This document shows positions 35,768-46,806 of a stretch of DNA of 64,000 bases, in pieces. The stretch is taken from NCBI GenBank assembly GCA_963786105.1, contig CAWAXX010000023.1, forward strand, positions 256,001-320,000, in the 5' to 3' direction. The stretch comes from Vulcanimicrobiota bacterium (GTDB taxonomy: Bacteria; Vulcanimicrobiota; Vulcanimicrobiia; Vulcanimicrobiales; Vulcanimicrobiaceae). Under the pieces are notes generated by a model. It did not search any database. It was not told the DNA's origin and was given only the letters and a program-made list of their open reading frames with translations. Numbering within the stretch: the first letter of the stretch is position 1; the number at the start of each line of letters is the position of its first letter. Made by a program: the position numbers and the translations under genes.

Positions 35768-37648
35768 TCATCCGCCGCTGACGTCGATAAGCAGTTCGGT
35801 GGCGAAGGCGATGAGAAAGCCGACCGTTACGGTCGTCGTCACCAGGGCGGTGAGGCCGGAGCGGCGGAGCATGGCCCACAGCTCGCCGATCACGAAAACC
35901 AACGCGCCGACGGCGGTTGCTAGAAAGAGCACCGACAGCACGGGGGAGTAGAACTGATAGCCGACGATCGTTCCCAAGAAGGTGGGTCCGCCGGCGATCA
36001 AGCCGGCAACGAATATTTGAAACCACGAGGGCACGAACCGGCCGACTAAGGGTGCCGCCACGCCGAAACCTTCGGTGGCGTTGTGCAACGCAAATCCGAC
36101 GATCAGCGCGACCGCGATGGCAGTGGCACCCGATGCGGCGGACGCGCCGATCGCCAGTCCTTCGCCGAAATTGTGCGCGCCGATGCCGATCGCGATAATC
36201 GTCGAAAGCAGGAGTGGATTCTCGGCGTGCTGCGCGGCGTTGCGCGTGAGGTGGGTCGCCATGCTGCCGAGGCCGACCAACCCGATCAACAAACCGGCGA
36301 CGAAGACTACAATCGTTACGGTCGGAAACGCCGACGCGCCGGCATGCCACGCACTTACGCCCTGGGCGATTGGCCGGATGGCGTTTTGCGCAATTTCGAT
36401 GACGAGGTAGAGCAGGATACCGATGGCCAGTGCGTTGAGCAACGCGATCGTCTGCTGGGAGGCGCGCCGTGCGCGCGCGATAGGCAGACCGAGGAAGATC
36501 GTAAACCCGGCGATTGCGCCAAGCACGACCGTCATGCCGAAGCTCAACGGCTTGCGGGCCGAAACGTTCATGGCCGGCATCATTGCATCGTACATGGAAG
36601 CCAGCGTGTTCGGCGTCCCGCTGTAATGAATGGCACTAACGAGCCCGTCCGGCATGCCTTGCGCGTTTTCTACATGGTCCAACACGTGGCAATGCAGTAG
36701 CCACGTTCCAGGCCGCGCATCGGCTTTCACCACGACGTCGACGCGTTGCCCGGGCCCGAGCAGAACGGTGTCCTCGATGTCGGAAGCGCCTACCGGCTGG
36801 GCGTCGCGCGCGACGATCTGCTGGTAGTGGCCGTGCGTGTGCATCGTATGAAAGTTCTCGGCCGAGATGTTGACCCAGCGGATTTTGAAGCGCTCGCCGG
36901 ATCTTACGTCAAGCGTTTGGACGGCCGGGTACTCCTTACCGTTGATCGTGAACTCGTTCTCGGTGCCGCTCTGGATTTGCCACGACGACACCATCTGGAG
37001 GAAATCGTGGCTCAAGCCGCGTTCGGCCGCGGGCGGATTCGCGGGCTCGACGACGATGGCGCCGTACAGCCCCGAGTCGAGCATGGCTTCTTGATCGTGG
37101 GAGTGATAGATGAACGTTCCGGGCGTATCGGCGACGAACCGATACAGGTAGCGACCGCCTCGGGCCACGAGCGGCTGCGAGATGCCGGCGACGCCGTCCA
37201 TCGATACCGGAATGTCGTGAATGCCGTGAAGATGAATCGTGTCGGGCGTTTTATCGTCGTTGGCGTAGTCGAGGACAACGGTATCGCCTTGACGCACGAC
37301 CAGCGTCGGCCCGGGAACCACGCCGTTATACGTGTTGGCCATTACGGTCATGCCCGGTTTGAGCGTCCAGGGGGCGGCGCGCTCGACGATGTGAAAAGTC
37401 TTCGTGCGTCCGCGCACGTCGGGACGTGCCTGGTAGGCGCCGTCCGGACGCCGGAAGATCTTCGATTCACCGGGGGCCGGGGTGACGAGCGGGACAGGTC
37501 CGCGGATGGGTTGCAGCCCCAGCGTACTCGAGTTAATGGACGGCGATTCGTCGGCGTCCGCCAGCGCGGCGACCGGAACGGTGCACGTCGCGAGCGCGGC
37601 CAACAGAAAAAGGACGCGCGGAACGGCAGAGGGGAACTTGGGCTGCAT
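35768..37648 (-). CDS. Two-domain multicopper oxidase fused to a ZIP-family metal permease
   Basis: TIHLHG, FIYHSH, HTMHTHGH, WLLHCHVLDH followed in frame by HNFGEG and LHNATEG ZIP motifs. Confidence 0.88.
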   Translation of the reverse strand: MQPKFPSAVPRVLFLLAALATCTVPVAALADADESPSINSSTLGLQPIRGPVPLVTPAPGESKIFRRPDGAYQARPDVRGRTKTFHIVERAAPWTLKPGMTVMANTYNGVVPGPTLVVRQGDTVVLDYANDDKTPDTIHLHGIHDIPVSMDGVAGISQPLVARGGRYLYRFVADTPGTFIYHSHDQEAMLDSGLYGAIVVEPANPPAAERGLSHDFLQMVSSWQIQSGTENEFTINGKEYPAVQTLDVRSGERFKIRWVNISAENFHTMHTHGHYQQIVARDAQPVGASDIEDTVLLGPGQRVDVVVKADARPGTWLLHCHVLDHVENAQGMPDGLVSAIHYSGTPNTLASMYDAMMPAMNVSARKPLSFGMTVVLGAIAGFTIFLGLPIARARRASQQTIALLNALAIGILLYLVIEIAQNAIRPIAQGVSAWHAGASAFPTVTIVVFVAGLLIGLVGLGSMATHLTRNAAQHAENPLLLSTIIAIGIGAHNFGEGLAIGASAASGATAIAVALIVGFALHNATEGFGVAAPLVGRFVPSWFQIFVAGLIAGGPTFLGTIVGYQFYSPVLSVLFLATAVGALVFVIGELWAMLRRSGLTALVTTTVTVGFLIAFATELLIDVSGG

Positions 37649-37783
37649 ATTAGGCGCACCTAATATTAAAGCGAGCCGCACCTTAGCCCTGCCGCGGCGC
37701 GTTGCGCGGGCGACGGGAGAGGCAAGACGAACAACGAATCGACTTGCCGCTGACGGCCGAATGCGGAAGGCGCTTTCTCAACC

Positions 37784-38434
37784 ATGACCGAGCGATGGGT
37801 TTCGTTCGACTGCTTCGGGACGCTGGTGGACTGGCATGCCGGTTTTCGCGCCATACTCGAGCGCGCCGGCCGCCGGAGCTCGCACGATCTGGTTGCGGCC
37901 TTCCATAGGCACGAACGCGTGGTTGAAGCGGAACCGTACCGCACGTATCGCGACGTGTTGCGAATTGCGCTCGAACGCGCCATGCTCGAACTTGGAATCG
38001 AGCCGGCACTCCCGTCGACGATCATCGCCGAAGGCTGGCCGACGTTGCCGGTGTTTACCGATACGCTTCCAGTGCTACGACGGTTGCGCGACGAGGGCTG
38101 GCTCTTGGCGGTGTTGACGAACTGCGACCTGGATCTCTTCGCGGAAACGGCGCCGTCGCTCGGGGTCTCCGTCGATCGCGTGATCACGGCACAGGACGTG
38201 CGCAGCTACAAACCGGCCCTCGCGCACTTTCACCGGTTTCGTGAGACGATCGGCGACGCGCAGTGGATACACGTTGCGTGCAGCTGGTTTCACGACATCG
38301 TTCCGGCGCGCACCGTCGGCATCCCACGAATTTGGATCGATCGCGACCGCACCGGGGACGATCCGTCGATCGCCACCCGCGTGTTGCCCAACCTCGAGGA
38401 TCTCACGACGGTGTTGCATTTGGTGGTGCGATGA
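37784..38434 (+). CDS. HAD-superfamily hydrolase (haloacid dehalogenase type II-like)
   Basis: FDCFGTLVDW, LTN, SYKP, HVA.S.FHD. Confidence 0.88.
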   Translation: MTERWVSFDCFGTLVDWHAGFRAILERAGRRSSHDLVAAFHRHERVVEAEPYRTYRDVLRIALERAMLELGIEPALPSTIIAEGWPTLPVFTDTLPVLRRLRDEGWLLAVLTNCDLDLFAETAPSLGVSVDRVITAQDVRSYKPALAHFHRFRETIGDAQWIHVACSWFHDIVPARTVGIPRIWIDRDRTGDDPSIATRVLPNLEDLTTVLHLVVR

Positions 38435-39666
38435 CGCTGGGCATTCTCGTCGGCGGCGGTCCCGCGCCCGGTATCAACTGCGTTATTGCGTCCGCGGCAA
38501 GCGAAGCGATGAACTGCGGACTGCGCGTCGTCGGCATTTACGACGGCTATCGCGACCTTGCGGCCGGAAACACGCCTCGCACCCTCGACTTAACGCTCGA
38601 CGAAATTTCGCGCATCGGCAATAGCGGCGGCTCGATCCTGCGCACGTCGCGAACGAATCCTGCCAAAGACGAGCCGACGTTGGAACGCTGCATCGCAGGG
38701 CTGGACGCGCTGGGCATTCGGTTTTTGGTTTGCATCGGCGGCGACGACACGACCTTCGGCGCCGCCAAGATTGCCGAACGAACTGCCGGCCGGATCGGCG
38801 TCGCGACCGTCCCCAAAACGATCGACAACGACTTGCCCTTGCCGGACAATGCACCGACGTTCGGCTTCGAAACGGCGCGATCGGTGGGAGCGCAAATTAT
38901 CGAGAGCTTGATTGAAGACGCCATGACCACTACGCGCTGGTACGTGGTCGTAAGCATGGGTCGAAAGTCAGGCGCGCTCGCCTTGGGCATGTGCAAGGCC
39001 GCAGGGGCGACGCTGGCCGTGATTCCCGAAGAGTTTCCGCAAGAGACCGACCTTGGAGCGGTGATCGACACGATCGCCGGTGCGATAATCAAGCAGCGGG
39101 CGCTGGGGCGGGACCACGGCGTTGCGGTGGTTGCCGAAGGGATAGCCGAACGCATCCCGGTCGATGCGCTGGCGGCCTCGCTCGACGCTGCCGAACGCGA
39201 CGCGTTCGGTCACGTGCGGCTTGCCGACATCCCGATCGGGACGGTGCTGCGCGACGGCGTGCGCAAGCGGCTCCTGGAACTGGGCTTGCATACCACCGTC
39301 ATGGCAAAGGATATCGGCTACGAGCTTCGCTGCGCAAAACCGGTGCCGTTCGATCTCGACTACACGCGAACGCTCGGTTTCGGCGCCGTTCGTTATTTGG
39401 TCGAAGGCGGCAGCGGGGCATTGATCGCGCTGAGCGGCGGACGGGTGCAGCCCGTGCGTTTGGACGAGCTGCTCGATCCGGACACGGGCCGGATTCGCAC
39501 GCGGCTTGTCGACGTAACGACCGAAGCGTATCGTGTCGCACGCGACAACATGATCAGGCTCGAGCCGCGCGACTTTCACGGCGCGGCCCTCGAGCGCGTG
39601 GCCGCTCAGACCACCCTCGCGCCGGAAGCATTTCGCCGGCAGTTCCAGCGGATCGCCGACTTCTGA
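38431..39666 (+). CDS. pfp: Pyrophosphate-dependent phosphofructokinase
   Basis: GGGPAPG, GGDD and PKTIDND (Asp/Lys PPi-type signature), MGR, GYELRC. Confidence 0.88.
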   Translation: MTLGILVGGGPAPGINCVIASAASEAMNCGLRVVGIYDGYRDLAAGNTPRTLDLTLDEISRIGNSGGSILRTSRTNPAKDEPTLERCIAGLDALGIRFLVCIGGDDTTFGAAKIAERTAGRIGVATVPKTIDNDLPLPDNAPTFGFETARSVGAQIIESLIEDAMTTTRWYVVVSMGRKSGALALGMCKAAGATLAVIPEEFPQETDLGAVIDTIAGAIIKQRALGRDHGVAVVAEGIAERIPVDALAASLDAAERDAFGHVRLADIPIGTVLRDGVRKRLLELGLHTTVMAKDIGYELRCAKPVPFDLDYTRTLGFGAVRYLVEGGSGALIALSGGRVQPVRLDELLDPDTGRIRTRLVDVTTEAYRVARDNMIRLEPRDFHGAALERVAAQTTLAPEAFRRQFQRIADF

Positions 39667-39679
39667 TCGAGCCGGCCGG

Positions 39680-40513
39680 ATGAGAAGCGGGATCGCGCTG
39701 GCACTGCTGTTCGCACAGACGCCGACCATCGCACCCTCGCCGCAGGCGTCGCCCCTCAAACAGATCATCGAGGTAAAATCACGCGCGCTGTGCACGACGT
39801 TAGGAAGCAGTATCGACCTATCGCTCGTTGGCCTGATGAAAAACGACGAGGCGATCGAAACCGGGCGGCGGACGTTCGTAAAGATGGCATGGGATCAGGC
39901 ACGCGGATCGCGGGCGCTCGAGATCGACCGGCTCGCAATCAAGAACGCCGTTGCAGCGATCGTACACAACCTGTATGCAATCGACCAGGTGCTCGACGAC
40001 CCGGCGCGCTTTCCGCTCGATCCGGTGACCGACGACCAACGCGCCGCAGATCGAATGAAGGCGGCCCTGCAAGCCGTCGAGGATCGTCAAAAGATTCAGC
40101 TCAACATCCTGAACGGCACCATCGAGACCGACGCGCTGAGCAGCATGCGTCACGACCTCCCAGACTTTTCACCGACTGCGAATAACCCCAACCAACCGTC
40201 CGTTCCGAGCGGCTCGCCGCCGGCGATCACCGATGCCGGTCTGCAGCAGCCCAAACCCGTCGCGACGGCCGTTCCGCTTACGTTTGCCAGCCCCGCGCCG
40301 AACCAGGGCTCGCAACAGGATACTGAACGAATGAAACCGGACTACGGCGTAGCCGCCACTTCGACCAGCGCCACGTTTGCCGGCGCAATGGCCGACATCC
40401 AGACCACCAGCGCCGCATTGGAGACGCGCGCTACGGCGATCATCGTTCCGATCGCCCAGGAATGCCGGGCTGCGCCAGTAGGCTCGCCGAATCCAAGGAA
40501 GGGATGGAACTAA
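39680..40513 (+). CDS. Hypothetical secreted protein
   Basis: Short signal peptide; coupled between pfp and the TonB-dependent receptor gene. Confidence 0.65.
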   Translation: MRSGIALALLFAQTPTIAPSPQASPLKQIIEVKSRALCTTLGSSIDLSLVGLMKNDEAIETGRRTFVKMAWDQARGSRALEIDRLAIKNAVAAIVHNLYAIDQVLDDPARFPLDPVTDDQRAADRMKAALQAVEDRQKIQLNILNGTIETDALSSMRHDLPDFSPTANNPNQPSVPSGSPPAITDAGLQQPKPVATAVPLTFASPAPNQGSQQDTERMKPDYGVAATSTSATFAGAMADIQTTSAALETRATAIIVPIAQECRAAPVGSPNPRKGWN

Positions 40514-40517
40514 CGTC

Positions 40518-43500
40518 ATGATGATGCGATGGACCCTGATCGTCTTTGCCGTTGTTGGTCTCGCCGTTACCGGTACGGTTTCGGCGGTCGCATCGACGAC
40601 GGGGAGTCTTCGCGGCCGCGTCGTCGATGCCGCGAACAACGCGCCGATTGCGGGAGCCGCGGTCACCGCCGTCTCGCCGTCGCAAACGGCGACCACAACG
40701 ACCGACGGATCGGGAGCTTTCTCGTTCCTCGCGCTCAATCCGGACACGTACACCCTCCGCGTCGAGAAACCGGGGTACTCGCCGGCGTCTCAGCCGGGAG
40801 CCAGCGTGTTTGCCGATCAGTCGAGCACGTTCGTCATTGCGCTGTCGCCGGCGTTGAAAACCATCGGTCGAGTATCGGCGCGAAGTGCGGGGAGCCTCGT
40901 TCGCCCCGGTACGACCAGCGACGTGTATTCGGTCAACGCGGCCGGGCAAAAGGCCGCGCAGTCGGTGGCCGGCTCGGGTTCGCTGAATCAGGCGTACGGC
41001 GCAATTGCGAGCGTTCCCGGCGTCTCGCTTCCGTCGGGCCAGCAGGGATGGTACCAGAGCGTGTACGTTCGCGGCGGCGACTACAATCAAGTGGCTTACG
41101 AGTTCGACGGCGTCCCGGTCGTGCGCCAATCCGACTTTGCGCCAATCGTCACGCTTTCCGCACTTGGGCAGCAAGAAGTCCAAATCTACACCGGCGGAAC
41201 CCCCGCAACGTCGAACTCGTCGGGTTTGGCCGGGTACATCAACCAGGTGATCAAAACGGGAACGAGTCCGGGCTATGCGACCGCCGACGGCGCGATCGGC
41301 ACGCCGCAATTTTATCATTTTCTTTCGGTCGAGACGGGCGGCGCCACACCCGATCGCCTGTTTTCCTACTACGTGGGCTTAGCCGGCGCGGACCAAACGT
41401 ATCGGTACGTCGATCAGTTCAATGGCGAGAGTGACCCGCAATACTTTTATCCGCTCTCGGTCGTCTCCAACAATGCCGTGTATAACGTCACCGATGGAAG
41501 CTGCACGCTCAAGCACGGCCCCGCGTCGTGCATCGGCGATCCGAACTTCGGTGCCACCTACTCGCCGGGCGCGTCGTATTTTCAAGCGGTGGGGTTCGAT
41601 CGCGAAACCGTCATGAACTTCCACTTCGGCATTCCGCATCACGTCGACACCGGGCGCGACGACGTCCAACTGCTTTACGTTACCGGCAATATCGAGACGC
41701 AATTCTATAGCTCGTTCAACGACACGTTCTTGGGTCCGGTGTATCCCGGCGGCGTTCCGTACCTCGATTCGACCTACTATAACGGTGCGTTGGCGCAGGC
41801 GCCGAATCCCGCGCGGCTGGTGACCGGACCCTTCCCGAGCAGCCCGACGGACCGGACCTTCAACAACACCACGGCGAACGGAACGCCGGCGAACCCATCG
41901 CTGGTGGGACTCAATCAGCGCGATGGCAATAACGTCGGCTTCTCGGTTGAGAAAGCGCAGTACCAGCGTAACTTCGACAACCACTCGTACTTGCGCGTGC
42001 TCGGTTATGCCGAGTGGTCGGACTGGCTCATCAACGGACCCAACGGCGCGCAGCTGACATTTGCCGCCGATCCCGCCGAATACGACGTACTCGCGTGGAT
42101 TTACGGAGCCGGTGCGATCTACTCCAACCAGCTCGGTTCGAAAAATCTCTTTACGGCGAGCCTGGCGTACAATACGCAGACGCTGGCGACGTACAATGCC
42201 GAATTTGCCAGCGGCGGACCAAACTCACGTGCTCCAACTGGGCTGGGGACGATTCTTTCCAGCTACGTCGGGAAAAATGGAAGCTGCTACAACTTCGCCA
42301 CCGGTGCGCTGTGGAGTTGTTTCGCAGCCGGAAGCCAAGGCGGAATCTTCAACCATCCGGCAGCGGGATGTCAGCCGCCGCAAAGCTTCCCGTACATTTG
42401 CTTGACGCCCGGGAACGCCCCGGCCGGTTCGCCCGCAGCGAAGGCGGGCGCGCATTGGATCATGACTGAAGACGGCCGGGCCGCTCAGTTCGACGGAGTG
42501 CGGCCCTATTTCGGCTCGCTGGCGCTGACGGACGTTTGGACTCCGGACGATCGTCTGCTGGTGAACCTGGGCGGGCGCGTAGATAACTTTCGGTATACGT
42601 TCGACAACACGGTCAGTGGATTTCCCGCCCGCGCCTTTTGGTTTAACGCTTTCAACAATGAAAACTGCGGCGCGCCGGCACAGAATCCCGTTTCTCGATG
42701 GAACGGCCACTCGTTAGGTCCGTGTCCGGCGGGCTTCAGTCCGATGACCGATCCCGGCGTCGGATTGGTCAATAGCGTTCCTAGCGGCAGCTCGTACTGG
42801 GTGGTTTCTCCACGTCTCGCGGCGACCTATACGCTGAATCAGGACAACGTTCTGCGTGCATCGCTCGGGCGCTACGTGCGCGCGGCCGAAACGTCGTCTC
42901 AGGAGATCAACGACCGCCAGCAGGATCTTCCCGACCAGATCTCCGGGTTCTACAAGCTTGGCTACACGACACCATACCATCAAAATCTACCCGACTCGTC
43001 GTGGAACTACGACGTGTCGTGGGAACACCATCTTCACGGTACCAATCTCTCGTTCAAAGTATCGCCGTTCTATCGATCGACCAGCAATCAAGTTCAAAAC
43101 TTTGCCATAGACCCGGCTACCGGAATCACGGCCGCGGTGAACGTAGGCACCCAGGAGTCCTCCGGCGTCGAGCTGTCGTTCCAAGGCGGGGACTTTTCGA
43201 AGAACGGACTGTCGTTCTTGCTTTCCTATACGTATACGAACAGCCGGATTAAGTACGCGCCGGTCTCTAACGGGGTGTCGGTGCTCGATAGCCTCAACGC
43301 CGCTATCGAGCAGTACAACTCGTATACGCACGCGTGCGCCGGAGCGGCCGCGAGCTCGACCGTTTGCGGTGCCGGATTGTATGGCGGCAATGCCGAACCG
43401 GGCTTCGTCAACGCCGGCGGCGTGCACGTCCAGAATCCTTACTATCATGCGTCCCTGCAGCCGCTGATCGATCGGAACGCCTGGTTTACGACGTACGACG

Positions 43501-44123
43501 TCATTCCAACGGCGTTCAGTTCTGCCAACGGCTTTGCCGTGCCGAACGTGGCGACGCTGGTTTTGAACTACAAGCATAACCGCTTTACCGTTACGCCGAA
43601 CCTTACGTACAGTTCCGGATCGTCGTACGGCTCGCCGCTCGTCTGGCCCGGCTACGTACCGCAGTCGTGCACGCAAAACCCCGCGCTCAATCCGGTGGCT
43701 CCCGGCGCGAGCTGCAGCGGTTCGTACAAAAACGCGGCGGGTACGACCATCGCGCCCGGAGTGATCTTCATACCAGATCCGTACACGCATCAGTTCGACA
43801 CGCTCGGGGCGTTACGCCAACCGTGGCAGCTGACCCTGAACCTGCAGGCCAGTTACGAACTCAGCGCACGCGCGACGGTGACGATGACCGCGTCGAATCT
43901 CTACAACGAGTGCTTCCAGCGCGGCTACGCGTGGGACGATTCGAACATCTGCATGTACTCGAACCTTCCGTCGAACATCGTGGCGCCCGGGGGCAACTTC
44001 TTGCAAACGGCGCCGATCCAGCTGCGCTACCCGTACGGCCCTTGGTCGAACCAAAACGAAGTCGGATACACGGCCGTGAAGCAGCCGTTCCAGCTTACCT
44101 TCGACCTCAACTTGCGACTCTGA
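40518..44123 (+). CDS. TonB-dependent receptor-like outer-membrane protein with an N-terminal carboxypeptidase-regulatory-like domain
   Basis: TGSLRGRVVD...GAFSF..L.P..Y; plug YVRGG...FDGVP; SPRL, GVEL barrel motifs. Confidence 0.85.
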   Translation: MMMRWTLIVFAVVGLAVTGTVSAVASTTGSLRGRVVDAANNAPIAGAAVTAVSPSQTATTTTDGSGAFSFLALNPDTYTLRVEKPGYSPASQPGASVFADQSSTFVIALSPALKTIGRVSARSAGSLVRPGTTSDVYSVNAAGQKAAQSVAGSGSLNQAYGAIASVPGVSLPSGQQGWYQSVYVRGGDYNQVAYEFDGVPVVRQSDFAPIVTLSALGQQEVQIYTGGTPATSNSSGLAGYINQVIKTGTSPGYATADGAIGTPQFYHFLSVETGGATPDRLFSYYVGLAGADQTYRYVDQFNGESDPQYFYPLSVVSNNAVYNVTDGSCTLKHGPASCIGDPNFGATYSPGASYFQAVGFDRETVMNFHFGIPHHVDTGRDDVQLLYVTGNIETQFYSSFNDTFLGPVYPGGVPYLDSTYYNGALAQAPNPARLVTGPFPSSPTDRTFNNTTANGTPANPSLVGLNQRDGNNVGFSVEKAQYQRNFDNHSYLRVLGYAEWSDWLINGPNGAQLTFAADPAEYDVLAWIYGAGAIYSNQLGSKNLFTASLAYNTQTLATYNAEFASGGPNSRAPTGLGTILSSYVGKNGSCYNFATGALWSCFAAGSQGGIFNHPAAGCQPPQSFPYICLTPGNAPAGSPAAKAGAHWIMTEDGRAAQFDGVRPYFGSLALTDVWTPDDRLLVNLGGRVDNFRYTFDNTVSGFPARAFWFNAFNNENCGAPAQNPVSRWNGHSLGPCPAGFSPMTDPGVGLVNSVPSGSSYWVVSPRLAATYTLNQDNVLRASLGRYVRAAETSSQEINDRQQDLPDQISGFYKLGYTTPYHQNLPDSSWNYDVSWEHHLHGTNLSFKVSPFYRSTSNQVQNFAIDPATGITAAVNVGTQESSGVELSFQGGDFSKNGLSFLLSYTYTNSRIKYAPVSNGVSVLDSLNAAIEQYNSYTHACAGAAASSTVCGAGLYGGNAEPGFVNAGGVHVQNPYYHASLQPLIDRNAWFTTYDVIPTAFSSANGFAVPNVATLVLNYKHNRFTVTPNLTYSSGSSYGSPLVWPGYVPQSCTQNPALNPVAPGASCSGSYKNAAGTTIAPGVIFIPDPYTHQFDTLGALRQPWQLTLNLQASYELSARATVTMTASNLYNECFQRGYAWDDSNICMYSNLPSNIVAPGGNFLQTAPIQLRYPYGPWSNQNEVGYTAVKQPFQLTFDLNLRL

Positions 44124-44127
44124 CGAT

Positions 44128-45924
44128 GTGAAACGTCGAACGCTGCTGGGCGCGCTCGGCGCGGCGACCGCCGCGCTTCCGTTGCGCGCATTCGCGAATC
44201 TGGAGCGCGCGGATATCGTACTGCGCGGAGGGATCGTCTACACCGGCCGAAAGGACGGGCGAGTCGTCGAAGCGATCGCGGTCGGCGGAAATCGCATTCT
44301 TGCCGTCGGCTCGCGCGCAACCGTCGACGGTTACGTCGGAGCGGCGACGCGCGTCGTGGAGCTACACGGCAGAATGGTTCTGCCGGGAATCATCGACACC
44401 CACACGCACTTCGTCAGCGGGAGCCTGGCGCGTTCGCAAGTGGCCCTAGACGACGCGATGACGCCCGCCGAAGTGCGAAGGCGAATTGCGGCCTACGCGC
44501 GTTCGCATCCGGGCGAAACCTGGATTCTCGGCGGCAACTGGCAGTATGACGCGTTTCCGCCTAGCGGCCTGCCGGCCAAGGAACTGCTCGATGCGGTCGT
44601 GCCGAACCGGCCGGTCGCATTGGATGCGTTCGACGGCCACTCACTATGGGTGAACTCCAGAGCGCTGGCGCTCGCCGGAGTGACACGCGCCACGCCTGAT
44701 CCCGTGCAGAACGGCGTCGTGCTCGGGACGATCGTGCGCGATTGCACGACCGGCGAGCCGACCGGCGTCTTCAAAGAAGGCGCGCAACACCTGGTGCGTC
44801 GCGTAATTCCATTGCCGTCGCACGCGGCCGTCACGTCGGCGTTGGAAGGTGGAATGCGAGCGGCCAACGCTCGCGGCGTAACGAGCGTAATTAACGCCAG
44901 CGGCGATCTCGACGAAATGGAATTGTACGCGACCTTGCACGAGCGCGGACTTTTGACGGTGCGCACTACGACGTCGTACTCCGCCGGCGCCGGCACGCGG
45001 CACACGCTGTCGCCGGGGGAGCTCGACGCATTTGAAACCGCCCGCGCTCGATACGCGGGCGACTGGGTGCGCGCCGGAATCGTCAAGTTCTTCATGGACG
45101 GCGTCGTGGAAACGTACACGGCCGACATGCTCGCGCCCTATGCGGGCACCACGGTGCGCGGCGAGCCGTACTATCTCGCGGACCGGTATGCGGCGATGCT
45201 CGTCGAGCTCGATCGCCGGGATTTCGTCGTCATGACGCACGCCATCGGCGACGGCGCCGTGCGCGCGACCCTCGACGGATATGCAGCGGTGGTGGCTGCC
45301 AACGGCATGCGCGACCGGCGCTGGCGCATCGAGCACATCGAAGTGTGCGATCCGAAAGACGTGCCGCGTTTCGCGCAGCTCGGAGTCATCGCGTCGATGC
45401 AGCCCTATCATTTCTGCTGTCCCGCTCCGGATGGCAGCGACACGTGGGATCGCCATCTCGGAGCGGCACGCTGGCCCGAAGGATTCGTCTGGCGCGACAT
45501 CGTTGACGCGGGCGCGGTCATGGTGCATGGGAGCGACTGGCCGGTGGTGACCATCGATCCGCTCGTCGGCATCTATTCCGCACTGACTCGCGAGGATCCC
45601 CACGGCGATCCGAAGGGCGGATGGTTTCCCAAACAGCGGTTGACGTTCGAGGAAGCCGTGGCCGGTTACACGCGAAATGCCGCCTATGCCGCGTTCATGG
45701 AAGACCGGCTCGGCACACTCGATGCCGGCAAGCTTGCGGATCTCGTCGTGCTGAGCTCCGACTTGCGAACGATCGCTCCGGCCGACGTATTAACAACGCA
45801 GATCGACATGACGGTTGCCGGCGGGCGCGTCGTGTACGAAGGCGGCCCGGCGCCCGACCGCGCCGCCGAACTACCGCGGCGCGCCGGCGCGGCGTGTGCC
45901 TGCCGGCGCTTCGTCGCGTCCTAA
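44128..45924 (+). CDS. Amidohydrolase 3 (YtcJ-like) with a Tat signal
   Basis: KRRTLL twin-arginine; PGIIDTHTH, KFFMDG, HAIGD, RIEH, GSDWP, GKLADLVVL. Confidence 0.9.
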   Translation: MKRRTLLGALGAATAALPLRAFANLERADIVLRGGIVYTGRKDGRVVEAIAVGGNRILAVGSRATVDGYVGAATRVVELHGRMVLPGIIDTHTHFVSGSLARSQVALDDAMTPAEVRRRIAAYARSHPGETWILGGNWQYDAFPPSGLPAKELLDAVVPNRPVALDAFDGHSLWVNSRALALAGVTRATPDPVQNGVVLGTIVRDCTTGEPTGVFKEGAQHLVRRVIPLPSHAAVTSALEGGMRAANARGVTSVINASGDLDEMELYATLHERGLLTVRTTTSYSAGAGTRHTLSPGELDAFETARARYAGDWVRAGIVKFFMDGVVETYTADMLAPYAGTTVRGEPYYLADRYAAMLVELDRRDFVVMTHAIGDGAVRATLDGYAAVVAANGMRDRRWRIEHIEVCDPKDVPRFAQLGVIASMQPYHFCCPAPDGSDTWDRHLGAARWPEGFVWRDIVDAGAVMVHGSDWPVVTIDPLVGIYSALTREDPHGDPKGGWFPKQRLTFEEAVAGYTRNAAYAAFMEDRLGTLDAGKLADLVVLSSDLRTIAPADVLTTQIDMTVAGGRVVYEGGPAPDRAAELPRRAGAACACRRFVAS

Positions 45925-46806
45925 AGCCTGAACCGCTTGACGGCGTTGTTATAGGTGTCGGCGACGTAGACGTAGCCGTGCAAATCCAGCGCGACGCCCT
46001 CCGGATTATGAAATCCGGAGCCGAGTGTGACGATCTGGCCGTCGGGCGTGACCTTCTTGATCGCATCGTTCCCCGAGTCGGCCACGTAAAGGTTGCCGGC
46101 GGGGTCCACCGCGAGACCCGCCGGATGGTTGAATCCCGACCCGATGACCGTCGTCACACCCGCCGGCGTTACTTTTTCGACGGCGTTCGAAAACGAGTTG
46201 GAAACGTAAACGTTGTTCAGCGCATCGACGGCGATGCCGGCCGGAGCGTTGAGCACTTTGCCGATCCTTATGATCTGCCCGTTGGCTTTGATTTTCTTGG
46301 CTGAAATTGTTGCCGGTGTCGGCGACGAAGACGTCGCCATGGCCGTCGAGGGCAACGCCTTGCGGCAAATAGAACCCCCTTCCGATCTTGACGTACCCGC
46401 CCTTCGGCGGATACATCCGGACCGGCGCGACGCGCATCAGCGCGCAACCGACGTAGACGTCGTCGTTCGAGTCGACGGCCACGCCATATGGCAGCTTGAG
46501 CTCGCTGGCGATCGTGGTGATAACGCCGTTCGGCGTCACTTTCTTAAGGTCGCCGTTTCCGCCGTCGGCCACGAACACATTTCCGCTCGCGTCGACGGCG
46601 ACGCCGCGAGGAAGTTTGAATCCGGAGCCGATCTGGACGGGCACGCTCGGATGCATGCCGTCCGTCGTCACGCTGCCTGGTGGTAAGCCGGCGCCGGCCG
46701 GCGACGTCGGGCCGCCGGATGCGCAAGCCGCCATTGCCATGATTGCGCCGAGCGGTAGCGCCCGGCGTGCGATCTGAGCACAAAGGAAAGTAAAACGGTG
46801 GTTCAT
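45921..46806 (-). pseudogene. NHL-repeat lipoprotein with a one-base frameshift (pseudogene or sequencing error)
   Basis: P.GVAVD..GNVFVAD repeats switch frame at 46304-46306; removing one base gives DTGNNSAKKI. Confidence 0.8.
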
